A DNA stretch of 64,000 nucleotides from the human T2T-CHM13v2.0 reference genome, Homo sapiens, in NCBI RefSeq assembly GCF_009914755.1, contig NC_060945.1, one strand, 5' to 3'. Of the stretch, positions 39,415 through 52,489 are shown one piece after another. The position numbers were made by a program, and so were the translations under genes. The notes below the pieces were generated by a model. That model made no database searches. It saw nothing but the letters and a program-made list of their open reading frames with translations, and was not told the DNA's origin. The first letter of the stretch is position 1. Each line of letters begins with the position of its first letter.

Positions 39415-42258
39415 ATCTGAGGTAGAGGTCCCTGAATTTTAGTCAGATTTATTTCCCATCCTCTGGCTTGCAAATGTCTCACCAATAAGTCCAGTGTGTT
39501 TGCTGCTTCTTGTTCACTGGATCCAATCAGCATAATGTCATCAATGTAATGGACCAGTGTGATATCTCGGGAAAGCAAAAAGCGATCAAGTTCTCTCTGA
39601 ATAAAATTATGACACATAGTTGGAGAGGTGATATACCCCTGGGGTAGGACAGTAATGATATATTGCTAACCTTGCCTGCTGAAGGCAAATTGCTTCTGAT
39701 GGGCCTTATGGACAGGAAAGGAGAAAAAGGTATTTTCCAAGTCAATGACTGCATACGAGCTTCCAGGAGATGTGTTAATTTGCTCAAGCAATGAAACCAC
39801 ATCTGGTACAGCAGCTGCAATTGGAGTCACCACTTGGATAAACTTATGATAATCCACTGTCATTCTCCAAGACTCATCTGTCTTCTGCACAGGCTAAATG
39901 GGATAGTTGAATGGGGATGTGGTGGGAATCACCACCCCTGCCTCTTTCAAGTCCTTGATGGTGGCACCAAACTCCACAATCCCTCCAGGGATGCAATATT
40001 GTTTTTAATTTACTATTTTTCTAGGTAGAGACAGCTCTAATAGCTTCCATTTGGCCTTTCCCACCATAATAACCCTCACACTACCAGTCAGGGAGCCAAT
40101 GTGGGGGTTCTGCCAGACAGCTGCTAAGTATGTCTATGCCAATTACACATTCTGGCACTGGGGAAATGACCACAGGATGAGTCCCGGGACCCACTGTAAG
40201 TCGGAACTGAGCCAAAACTCCGTTAATTACCTGACCTCCATAAGCCCCTACTTTAACTAGAGGACCACAGTGATGCTTGAGGTCCCCTGGAATCAACTTC
40301 AGCTCAGAGCCAGTGTCCAGTAGTCCCCGAAATGTCTGATCATTTCCCTTTCCCCAGCGCACAGTTACCCTGGTAAAAGGCCAAATGTCTCCCTGGGGAA
40401 GGATGGGAGAAAGCTTCACTGCATAAATTGTCAGTAGTGTAGTGGGGTCCTTCCTCAAGAGGACCCAGCTTCCCCTTCATTCAACGGGTTCTGGGTCTGT
40501 AAACTGGCTCAAGTCTGGAAATTGATTGAGGGGCCGTGATTCTCTGTTTTTATAATTCAAATTAGTCTTTTGTCCATTAGGCCTAGAATTTTTCTGTTTG
40601 GATAATTTAAGTAGGGATGCAGTAGGCTTCTTATGACTTTCACCTCTAGGAACACCATGATTAATTAGCCAATGCCAGAGCTCTAAATGAGTCAGACTAT
40701 TCTGATTGCCGCTTTGCCTCTGCTATCCATTATGGTAGCTACGCCCACCTTGGCTTTGATGGCTGAGTGCTGCCACTTGGCCCCTGCCACCTCGGGATCC
40801 AATTATTCCCTGTCTATTTAAATTTTTTAGTTAAGTGACTGCAGTTCCCACTGTTAGACCTGACATACAGAGAAGAGCAATTACAGGGCTCTTCGAAGAT
40901 GCAGGTGCTGCCTTCACAAATCTATTTCACAAGGTATTAGTCAAGGGTATATCTTCTGGACCCTCCCAGCTGGGATGTGTAGGTCTAAAGTGACTAATCC
41001 ACTCCACCATCCCAATCTCCCTAAGCCTTTGGATCCCTTCCTTGACATTAAACCAAGGGAGATCAGGCATTTCCAGCTCATCCACAGTGGGCCATTTTTA
41101 ACCCATATTTCATCTAACCAAGCAAACTATTAGAACCTTTTTTAACTCCCTGAGCTGCAACATTAAATTCACAGTCTTTACTTAGTGGGCCCAAATCATT
41201 AATCTCAGCCTGATGCAACTCTATGTTCCTTCCACCATTATCCCATACCCTTAACATCCATTCCCATGACTGTTTTCCAGATTGCTGTTTATATAAATTA
41301 GAGAACGCAAACAGTTCTTTTGGAGTGTAGCGCACCTCCTCATGGGTCACACTCTGAACCTCCCCTCTAGGGGCCCATAGGGACTTTAGTGTAGTTACAG
41401 GTCTAAAAGCAAACAGAGGTGTTGAGGGTGGCTCTGAGGAGAGTCAACATTATCTTGCCTGGCAGCTGCCTCCGGGGAGGCCATCACTGTTGCCTCGGGT
41501 AGTGTGGGGTTTATCTCCTCAGACAAAGGTGGAAAGGCTGATGGCAGCCCGGGTTGCGGAGGGGATGTTGCCACTACTGGGGATGGGGAAGTTCTTCCTT
41601 CTGGCAAAAAAGTTTCATCAGAGTTTACAGACTCAGTGTCCCCGGCTTTATCAGGGTCCTCTCACAAGATCCCATTTGAAGTTGCAGAGTTCCATTCTTT
41701 TCCAATCAATGCCCTCACTTTAACAGTAGGCACCTGGCGAGGCTGTGCGTGCATCTTTCATTGCAGGTCAGCCACTTGCATGATAAGAGCTTGTGTCTGT
41801 TTTTCCACAATTTCAACTCTTTCTCTACAGGACATAAGACTCTCACTCAGGGCAATCTTAGCATACTTGTGGCTCAGTATCTGCTTCTGAAGCCGGGAGA
41901 CAGAATCCCTGAGTTCAACATTTTCTTTCATCACTTTGTCCACTGAACAGGAGCAACCAACCAGCTTCATTATGTTCTTTGGTTCTCCACATATGGCCAA
42001 AGGAATTATGTATAAAGTCACTAAACCCCTTGCCTCTCATGAGCAGTGAATCAGGAGTCTCAAATGCATTTATTTTGCATAACTCTTTAAACAGTTTTCA
42101 ACAAGGACTATCAGTTTTCTCCATACTATTAGAAGTAGAGTCCCTGGCATCTTTAGGTCTAATCATATTAAGCAGCCAATTTCAGAATCCCCAAAACCAA
42201 TGAAAGAACAACATCCTTAATATTCTGTTCCTCTAGAACCACTCCTGGTACCGAAAAC
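39415..42258 (-). mobile_element. HERV-L internal region (PBS-Leu, gag, protease, N-terminal RT), 3'-truncated and frameshifted
   Basis: PBS ggtaccaggagtgg next to the LTR (tRNA-Leu type). Gag fragments 41758-42021, 41395-41607 and 41114-41350 (WEWMLRVWDNGGRNI). Protease LLDTGS (40081-40458). RT WRMTVDY/AVIDL (39666-39890) and HYIDD (39381-39617). Confidence 0.93.
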
Positions 42259-42722
42259 TGTATTAGTCAGGGTTCTCTAAGAGGGATAGAACTAATAGGA
42301 TATATATATATCCTACTAAATAAACACACACATATATATATATATATGTTTATTAAGTATTAACTTACACGATCACAAGGTCCCACAATAGGCTGTCTAC
42401 AAGCTGTTGAGCGAGGAGAGCCAGTCTGAATCCCAAAACTGAAGAACTTGGAGTCTGCTCTTCAAGGCCAAGAAGCATCCAGCACAGGAGAAAGATGTAG
42501 GCTGGGAAGCTAGGCTGTCTCTTGTTTTCACATTTTTCTGCCTGCTTTATATTCACTGCCAGCTGATTAGTTTGTGCCCACCAGATTAAGGGTGGGTCTG
42601 CCTTCCACAGCCCACTGACTCAAATGTTAATCTCTTTTGGCAACACTCACACAGACACACCCAGAATTAATGCTTTGTATCCTTCAATCCAATCAAGTTG
42701 ACACTCAGTATTAACCATCACA
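42259..42722 (-). mobile_element. MLT2A1-like 5' LTR of the HERV-L provirus
   Basis: tgtattagtcagggttctct...(TA)n...tcaatccaatcaagttgacactcagtattaaccatcaca; abuts the PBS. Confidence 0.9.
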
Positions 42723-42749
42723 AGCATTTAATATAAACCTAATAAGTTA

Positions 42750-42890
42750 TTTCTAACAGCTTTATTGAGATATAATTTACATACCATAAAATTTACCCTT
42801 TTAAAGTATACAGTTCAGTGGTTTTAATAATTCACAAAGTGGTACAACCATCATCACAATTTAGTTTTAGAACATTTTCATCACTCCAAC
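42750..42890 (-). mobile_element. L1MB7/8-like 3' terminal fragment
   Basis: cagctttattgagatataatttacataccataaaatttaccc...agaacattttcatcactcc. Confidence 0.75.
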
Positions 42891-44019
42891 ATAAATAATT
42901 TTTTAGTTCTTTTTGCTTTCACCTTTAGGAATTCTGTATTTCTGGATAATTATAAAAGGCACTTTATTAATTTGGCAATGACTGGGTCAAATCTAAAATG
43001 AAGAAAAAAATGCTGTAAAGTTAGACAGCTATCATAAAGGAGATAATAAGTAATTGTTTTATTTGTTGTCTTTAAACATGTAAAGGCTTCTGGGAAGAAT
43101 CCTTAAATATTAATTTTTAGTAATGGAAATTCTGGAAATTAAAATATATCAAACATCAAATGTTATTAAAAATTTTAAATCAACAAAAGTCTGCATTTGT
43201 AAGTCAAATTTCTACCTAAGATTACAAAGGCTTTGGTTATAGATCCCCTTAAAAGGATTTGGATGATTCTAAGAAGAAAACAAAATTACTTAGATGTAAT
43301 CCTAGCTTTTGGCTCTGTCAATGCAGAAGACATTTCATCATGTGATTACACAGCAATAGGGTGTTTTTATAGTACCTATTCTTATAGAAAATGTTCTTTG
43401 AGGTTCTGTGCACACTGGTAAAGACAGGATAGTTGCCATATTTCAGCACCTAACCAGAACAAAAGATGTGCATTCATTTTACATTCACAAGTCTTATTAA
43501 TTTTTACAAATTTGCATGACTTATTTTAAATTTGTACTGCGTGAGTTGGAGAAATTCTCAATGATCAAGTTATCTGAGAGCATTAGTCATTCTTTAACAT
43601 GATTATTGCTGCACTGGGTTAAGTCGTATTTGATAATTTTCTTCTAAATGTGACTTAGTGGGCTTACCAAACCAACATTAAAAAAGCTTTTCAACTATTT
43701 AGTCACTTACATTTTCTGCTATTAAAAAATGTTTCTGATTTTTGAGTGTTTGCCTCCCAAAAAACACTTTAGAAGTTTTTTCAGAAACACAACTTAATGG
43801 GTTAATCCTGCTACCAAAACAGACTCTCTTGGGATTCACAGGCTGAGAATCCAAACTTTTACCAAACATGATTTCTTATAAAGACGTCTTATAGCTTACT
43901 GAGAGAAACCATTTGGGGAACACTGCAAAAATACAGTGTAGTAGAATCTGGGGAGCAACTTTGTTCAGAATTTTGGGCTATGGTATTTCAGGAATTTAAA
44001 AAAAAACAAAGCATTAGAA

Positions 44020-44572
44020 TAAAAGTCTAAATGGACTCCCTCTTTGGCCAGGGCACTCTAAAATGTAACCTGAAAGACTGGTTCAGGCCATGATGAGAAG
44101 TGGGGTTCAGACATGCCTCATCATACCCTTCCAGCAGTAACATCAATGCCTACCTTAAGTCTGATAAGAAACATTTACAATTCTCTCTAAAGCCTGCTAC
44201 TTGGAGGCTTCATCTTTAGGATAAAACCTTGGTGTCTTCAACCCCTAATCATAGCAAAGACATCTCTTTCTACTGATAATAACTCTTTCAACCAATTGCC
44301 AATCAGAATATATTTATATCTACCTATGACCTGGAAGCCCCCTGCTTCAAGTTGTCCTGTCCTTTCAGATCAAACCAATGTAAATCTTACCTGTATTGAC
44401 GGATGTGTTATGTCTCCGTACAATGTATAAAACCAAGCAGTATCCCGACCACCTTGGGCACATGTCCACATGTCGTCAGGACCTCCTGAGACGGTCATAG
44501 GCACCTCCTTAACCTTGGCAAAATAAACTTTCTGAAGTGTGTGAGATCTGTCTCAGATACTTTGGGTTCACA
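44020..44572 (+). mobile_element. MER4A-like ERV1 solo LTR
   Basis: aaccaattgccaatcag...acctatgacctggaagcccc...tgtataaaaccaagc...ccttggcaaaataaactttct...ttcaca. Confidence 0.82.
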
Positions 44573-45704
44573 ACAGGGAATAAAGAGTACGGCAGGAGCC
44601 CATCCAGTACCCTAAAATACTTACTTTAAACATCAGTTTTTTCCACAATGTTTACTAGAAGGCTAGGGGCCTAGCCTTAATCCTGGTGCTTGCCATGTTT
44701 GTCGTTTTGGAGGGAATGTTGTGCAACACCTTACTCACCCAGGAATTGTACCTGTTGACTCCCTTCAATGTTTGAGGCCCAGCCAGCACTCTGTCTACAG
44801 GAGCTAAACAGCACAGCTGGTTCCTCTGGCAGCGTGACTGGAATTCTTTCTCAGCTTTTATGTTCACACAGAAATGTTATCTTAATCTCAACTGACAAGT
44901 GTGTTCTTAAAACAAAACTCAAAGGTAGAAGGCTAGAGGAATGCTTCAGGGAGCTCCAAAATGAACAAAATGAATAGATCTGCACAGCAATTACATTTAG
45001 AAACCGAAACTTTTAATCCACAATTTAGACAGTAGCTGCAAAAGACAATTTGTTCCTTTCTGTTTTGGAGTGAAGATTATAATACATCATAATAGTGGTT
45101 TTTCACATTAAGTAATGTTTTTGCATTTCTGTAAAAAGTGCCTTAATGCCAAAACAAAAGGAAAATTAGTCATTAGTGGAAAAAAATAAATCCATAGTAG
45201 TGGTAATAAGTCATTTATTCCTCCATCCAGCAGTTACTGAACACCTATTGTATGCCAGATTTTTATCTAGGCAAAGAAAGAGTGAAAGATAATTCTCATA
45301 AAGGCCCTAAAAACAGGGAATCTTGGGGTATTCTGAAAACCTTGAACTAGGGCGCACTTCCGAACAAAGAAGGGGTGTGAGGGAGGACTTCTCAGAGGAG
45401 CTGAATACTTGTAAATAGATAATATGGAGATTTTAGAAATTGAAATTCGAAACATTCTAAAGCAGTGTCAGAAAATGTTCTATGTAAATTTAGCTGTTAT
45501 TATTATGTTATGAAAATCTTTGTGTGTCCTAAGCATACATAACATAGGCATACATAAGAAACAGATTTAAATCCGTTTCAGATAATCCATTGTCCATCAA
45601 GCATAATTATTGATCTTCACATGGTTCAGACACAATGCTGAAAATTGGAATTAGGAAAGATAATTTTTCCAGGAGTCCCTGAGGCAAGCAGTCTTGTATC
45701 CTAA

Positions 45705-46056
<352 letters not shown>

Positions 46057-46122
46057 TAATCATCAAAATTATAGGAAGAATAATTTGTTTTATTCTCTAA
46101 AGTCTCTAGAACATTTTTGTTC

Positions 46123-46300
46123 TCTTCCTCCCTCCCTCTCTCCTTCCCTCCCTCCTTCTCTCCCTTCCTTCCTCCTTCCCTCCCTCCGTCCATCCTTCCT
46201 TCCTTCCTTCCATCCTTCCTTCCTTCCTTCCTTCCTTCCTTCCTTCCATCCTTCTTTCCTTCCTTCCTTCCTTCCTTCCTTCTCTCTCTTTCACTCTTTC
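46123..46300. repeat. (CCTT)n-type polypyrimidine simple repeat
   Basis: Directly visible. Confidence 0.95.
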
Positions 46301-46817
46301 CTTTTCAATCTCATGTCTCCAAGAAAAACAAACTTGGCACAATTATTAGGAGTCACTCTTTCATGGTGAGTATAAGTTTCATGACATTTCAGAGGAAGTA
46401 CAGTCAGCCATTTCCGTGGTGATTGAGGAGGTTTGAAGATTATGGACTAATACGCAGGAAGTTATCTATAGATTGCACTGGAAGGAACCTGAGGAATTAG
46501 AGCTCAGATTGGGAAGGAGATAGGTTATGTTTTCAGCACTTTTATGCGCCTTTTATCCTTTCTTATAGGAAGGCTGCAGATAATAACTAACAAATGACTA
46601 ATAATACTACCTATGACTGTTTGATTCCCATTCTCTGTAATTCTGTCCTTATGAGACTGCCAGAGTGAGGACAAATTTTAGGCCACAGACTGAGAGAAAA
46701 CAATAATCAATAAGAATTTCAGGTGTGGCGAGAAGGGAACATGCCATGGTCTTCAAAGCAATGATCAGAACACATTGTCTTTCCAGTTTGGGGGTGGGAA
46801 GAGAAAAAGGAGTAAGA

Positions 46818-46979
46818 CTGTAGCAGAACTGCTTAAACAGAGCTCAATATTCTACAGAGTCAACAAGCACCCCTCTCATTCACTACATACAGATATTAAG
46901 AACGCTGATTAAAAGTGGGAGAGCTACTGCTTAAGTACAATATGTGGAATGTTGAGCTCTGTTTAAGTGTTTCTGACAG
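46818..46979. repeat. Long imperfect inverted repeat (hairpin/MITE-like)
   Basis: 46831-46856 gcttaaacagagctcaatattctaca is the reverse complement of 46943-46968 tgtggaatgttgagctctgtttaagt with 3 mismatches. Confidence 0.85.
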
Positions 46980-47786
46980 CATGCCTCTTTTTGACAAATA
47001 CCAGTTAAAATATGAAATACGAGTTTCTTGGAACAGAACGCAGAATCTCTTGGGGAACTGAGAGAAGCCAAGTTGACCATTTAATAATCATCAGGTTCTT
47101 TTGGCAAATATTGAGAGCTCCCAGCAATTAGAGGTAGGCAAGTAGGCGTTGGATGGCAATCCTCTCCCATGTAACCGTGCTACCCCATGGTATGTCAATA
47201 ATGAAAACAAGTTATATAACAGATTAAGATTGTCTAAAATGTATTAACAAGAAGCAAAAATAGTCACATCAACTGCTCTTGTAAGCTTAGAATACTAAGG
47301 CTGTTCAGACATTCTGAAAGCAGGATAAGCCAACCTTCTAGTTTGGGTCAAGCAACATTGTCATCTCTGAAATGAAAGTGTGTGGCCAAATGGAGATGTG
47401 AACCTACCATGCTGCTCCAGAGATATTAGTTTCTGCCGGATTTGCATATCTTTACATCGAGTTCATACATGGGTGTTGGTGCCTGTACACTCATTCTATC
47501 CAGTCATGTAACTCAAGCACAGCTCATTTTACTAATGTTTGTATGCTAATTAAAAACTCTTAGGTATAGATTCCTATAATAATATTTAAAGTTATTATGT
47601 AGCTACTTCTGAAGTGTGAATACCTGAGTAGGGTACTTCAGATGTTCAATACTCCCTTAGAACAGTGAATATAGTAAGCACTCAAATGTTACTTACTACT
47701 TTTCTTGTACTTATCTTGGTTGTCATCTTCATTAGTATGTGACATGCTCTGCTATTTCTCTACATGTCTAACTTACTCACTAAGCT

Positions 47787-47995
47787 AGTGCTTTTCAAGC
47801 CCATTAGTGGGTTATAAAATCAATTCAACAGTTTCTACATAGCATTTTTAAATGAACTAGGCCAGAAAAGAATAGCAAATATTAAAGTGTATCAAGTTTT
47901 TGGTTCAGGCTTATAAAGGTATATATACTGAGTTACAACGTAAAATATGTTTCCTACTGTGGCTCATGGTCAAAAAGAACAAACAGAAAAATGCT
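47787..47995. mobile_element. hAT-Charlie (Charlie4-like) DNA transposon relic
   Basis: agtgcttttcaa..cccattagtgggttataaaatcaatt...cctactgtggctcatggtcaaaaag. Confidence 0.55.
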
Positions 47996-48351
47996 ATACT
48001 AGGTTGTATACTTCAAAGAGATCTTCCCTTATTTATGTTGCTAACCCCAGTGTTTAGTATATGTTTAGCTGGTCAGTAAATGTTTGAATATGAGTAACTT
48101 GTTTTTTCTGCTAAGACGAATTTCACTGTAAGATGAGACTGGCATTTAAACCTTTTGGAGAATCTGAAACCAAATATGTGTAATTGATATTTGTAGAACC
48201 AATGCATAGAAATGTTCTCTGTTGCTCTGTTTTGAAGAAAACTGTAATTATAGACAATCTCTCCTGGAAATCTTTATAGTTTTGTGTCTCAGTGTTCTGC
48301 ATTTTAAAACCCAGAAATTGCTTATTCTGGCGAAATGTATTCCAGTGCCCT

Positions 48352-48829
48352 TTGTATCAGTTGCCTGTTGTTGCTGTGCAAATTGCCACAAGTGTTGTTG
48401 CTTAAAACAACATGTTTACTATCTCATAGTTTTATGAACTAGACATCTGACATGAGTCTCACTGGACTATAGTCAAGAGAGCCACAGCCTGCTTTCTTCT
48501 GAGGTTCTAGAGGAGATTTTCCAGCTTCTGGATGCCTCTGGAATTCCTTGGCTCATGACTCTTTTCTCCATCTTCAAAGCCAGCGGCGCAGCCCTCCGAC
48601 CTCTGCCTCCATGGTCACATCTCCCCTTCTGACTCTGACTCTCCTATCTTCCTCTTTGATTTATAAGGACCCTCCTGATTACACTGGGCTCACAAAGATA
48701 ATCCCAGATAACCTCCCCATTTCAAGTTCTTATTTAGCCATATCTGCAAATTCCCTTTTGCCACTTAATATTCACAGGTTCCAGGAATAAAACTTAGACA
48801 TCTTTGGAAGCCATTATTCTGCCTTCCAT
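48352..48829 (-). mobile_element. MLT1D-like MaLR solo LTR
   Basis: tgtatcagttgcctgttgttgctgt...gcttaaaacaaca...ataatcccagataacctccccat...gccattattctgcct. Confidence 0.8.
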
Positions 48830-50049
48830 GCCCATCAATTCTACTGCCTAAGAAGTGACTCAAACAGAGAACATTTGCAAAGCATTTTGGATAACGTTCA
48901 TGCTGCTTGACTTATAGATGTGGCTATGCAGGTCATTTCCTAAAAACCTGTTTTCTGATTTCGTATGATTTTGGGTGTTCAGCATGGGCCAAGAAAGTAA
49001 CACCTAACCATCAGTGATTTTAAAATCCTTGCTTTTGAGAATTTGTTGAAATTTAGGTAGCAACCCACATTTTCATACTGAAATTTGAAATTGTTCTAAC
49101 TTTTAACATTACTTAGTTAATAAACCTTAGAGTAATGAATTAGAGAAATAGAAGTAGAAGGTACAGAATTCTAAACTAGTGAAGAACAGTTTGATAATTT
49201 ATGAGGATACATAACTTGCAGAATGTGAAATTTTGGGAAATAATATGGCTGTCCAGGGCAAAGTCACTGCAGTTTCCTGAGTAATTAAGAAATGTAATTT
49301 GGAAGAACTGCTGGCCTGTTGGCAAAGATTTTGAACACTATCTACGCTGGTTTGTTTTATAAGTCAATGCCTTCTAACACTTTTATTTTCAGTGACTGTC
49401 ATTTTAATTTTTTTCTCCAGTTCCCTAGTTTCTATGAGAATTTGGTCTTGCTAATAAGATTTTCTCCAATTATGAAATTTGTCAACAACATAGATTCTTG
49501 AAAAGTAATTATAATCCTTTACTTAAAATTTTTATTGTTTCCTTTAAAATGTCTTCTGCATAGTAAAATTCAAAATCAAATATCTGTCAAAGAGGTGAGT
49601 GTGCCTTATTACCTCAAAGATGTTAAATTGCTTTTGCAAATTACTTTCTCATTCTCTTTTCTAGTCTCATCTTAATTCTCCATGGTTTTAATAGCAGGTG
49701 CTCTTGCTGGCTTCATTTGGTTTATTGCTTTGTCTAAAAATAGTTTTCATAGCTTAAATAGGCTTGCAAATTTGATTCTTTCTAATAATTTCACTTATAA
49801 GCAGTCACATTTTCTCTCTGAAAAATAATTTAATATTTATATTGCCAGTTGGGCTAGGTTTGGTTTTTAAGTTGTGCATTTGTTTCCATTTGAAACTACT
49901 ATTGTTAATAATCAACATTGGCTGAGGCAAGATGTAGTAGACGCCACCCTTACCAATAAATATTCCTTGGACTGTTAACATGAGTAGTTCATTGAAAGTA
50001 TGTTTGAATCAAAAGAATTAGGTTGTAAAGTGAGCGGAGGCTGTGGCTT

Positions 50050-50270
50050 CTGAAAAAAATTGGCTATGGACTTAGAAATCAAATCAAACCTAGGATTAAA
50101 TTTGGCTCTGCTACTGATTAGCTAAGATTTGGAACATGCACCTCAGTTTTGTCATGTGTACAATTGGAAAATACAGACCTCGTGAGAATGATGTGAAAAC
50201 TATATGAGATAATGCAGCTAAATTTCTAGCATAGGATTCACAAAAAGCATCTAATAAATTGTACCTCTTA
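50050..50270 (+). mobile_element. MIR relic
   Basis: acctaggattaaatttggctctgctact...cctcagttttgtcatgtgtacaattgg. Confidence 0.6.
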
Positions 50271-50313
50271 TTACCTAGACATTTCTAGTTTTGCTTTAAA
50301 AAATAAAATCTGT

Positions 50314-50625
50314 GGCCAGCGCCGTGGCTCACACCTGTAATCCCAGCACTTTGGGAGGCTGAGGCGGGCAGATCACTTGAGGTCAGGAGTTCGAGACCAG
50401 CCTGGCCAACTTTGTGAAACCCCATCTCTACTAAAAATACAAAAATTAGCCAGGCATGGTGTCACACACCTGTAAACACAGCAACTCGGGAAGCTGAAGC
50501 TGGAGAATCTCTTGAGCCCAGAAGGTGGAGGTTGCAGTGAGCCAAGATCACACCATTCACACCACTGCACTCCACCTAGGCAACAGAGCCAGATTCCATC
50601 TCAAAACAAACAAACAAACAAAAAA
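50314..50625 (+). mobile_element. AluSx-like
   Basis: Full dimer with (CAAA)n tail. Confidence 0.95.
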
Positions 50626-50764
50626 CTGTGTATCTTAACAGATTTTTTTAATTGATATGTGCTATAAACAGTTCTTAACACCCACAAGGAATACACAAAA
50701 CATCCAATAGATTACAAAAAATGTTAAACTTCAAAAATTCTTGATATGAAAATGAAATCAATAA

Positions 50765-51080
<316 letters not shown>

Positions 51081-51329
51081 TAGATTAGCAATAATTTCTA
51101 ACGGATTATTTTTATCAACAGACTGTCATTATAGTGGGGGCAAAGGGCTAGATTAAAGGCATTAGGACAACTAACCATCTGTATATAAAAGAATAAAACT
51201 AGTACCCTACATCACACCATTTTCAAAAATCAATTACAGACACACAAAATACTTAAATGGAAAAAAGCTACAAGACTAACTTAAAATATTATATGTGTAT
51301 ATATATATATGTATACACACACGCATATG

Positions 51330-52090
51330 TACTGAAAAAGGTGAATAGTTAAATAAATAAATTGGAAAGGAAAAACAAATATTCCTTACAGAGGAATTCC
51401 ATTTAAAATATGCAGATTCTCCTCCCTCAAAGGCGTGGCACTTAATCACCACCACATTTCTCCTTCTTGGTAGGCTAGACATAATAACTTGCTTCCAAGG
51501 ACTAGGGTAAGGAGAGAGAAAATCAGTAACTTTACAGTGAAAAAATCTGGCAAGGCGTGATTAACCAAGTAATTAAGGTTAACATCGTCAGTGATGTCAT
51601 GTAGGTATGATATCCCCCTTGATATTCTGGGATGAGAAGGGCACTTTACCCATGACATATTCTTTCCAAACACCCATAAGCTCACTGTAATCATAAGAAA
51701 AACATCAGATAAATTTAGATCCAAGACAATTCTACAGCTTCCTTGGCCAGTACTCCTCAAGACTGCCAAGATGATGAAAAACAAGGAAAAGAAAGAAAAG
51801 CTGTCATAGACCAGAGGAGACGTGGGAGAAATGACAAAGAAACACAATCTGGATCCAGGATTGAATACTGGAAACAAAGAAAAGAAACCTAGTGAAATTC
51901 AAATAAAATCTGGAGTTCAATTAGCAGTAATGTATTAATGTTGGTTTCTTATCTTGGACAAATGTACTATGGTAATGTAAGATGTTAACAAAAGGTGAAA
52001 CTGAGAAAGAGAAACACAGGGACTCTGTATTATTGCTGCAATCTTTCTATAAATCCAAGGTTATTCAAAAGTACAAAATGTATTTAAGAA
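51330..52090 (+). mobile_element. L1MC3/L1MC4-like 3'UTR fragment
   Basis: agtaactttacagtg...aaggttaacatcgtcagtgatgtcatg...ggccagtactcctcaagactg. Confidence 0.75.
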
Positions 52091-52105
52091 GACTATAAGA
52101 TTTAA

Positions 52106-52426
<321 letters not shown>

Positions 52427-52489
52427 CTTTATATTCTTCAGATAAAGATGTCTTAACCAAGGAAAAAAATGTAGAAAAATATTGATGAA

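Noticed and set aside
39381-42021. HERV-L gag/pro/pol ORFs as a domesticated gene
   Set aside because: Multiple frameshifts and stops; the longest sense fragment is ~125 aa.
46085-46422. PSFL-repeat and GRKE-repeat ORFs (also 30920-31313, 7276-7656)
   Set aside because: Read-through of simple repeats.
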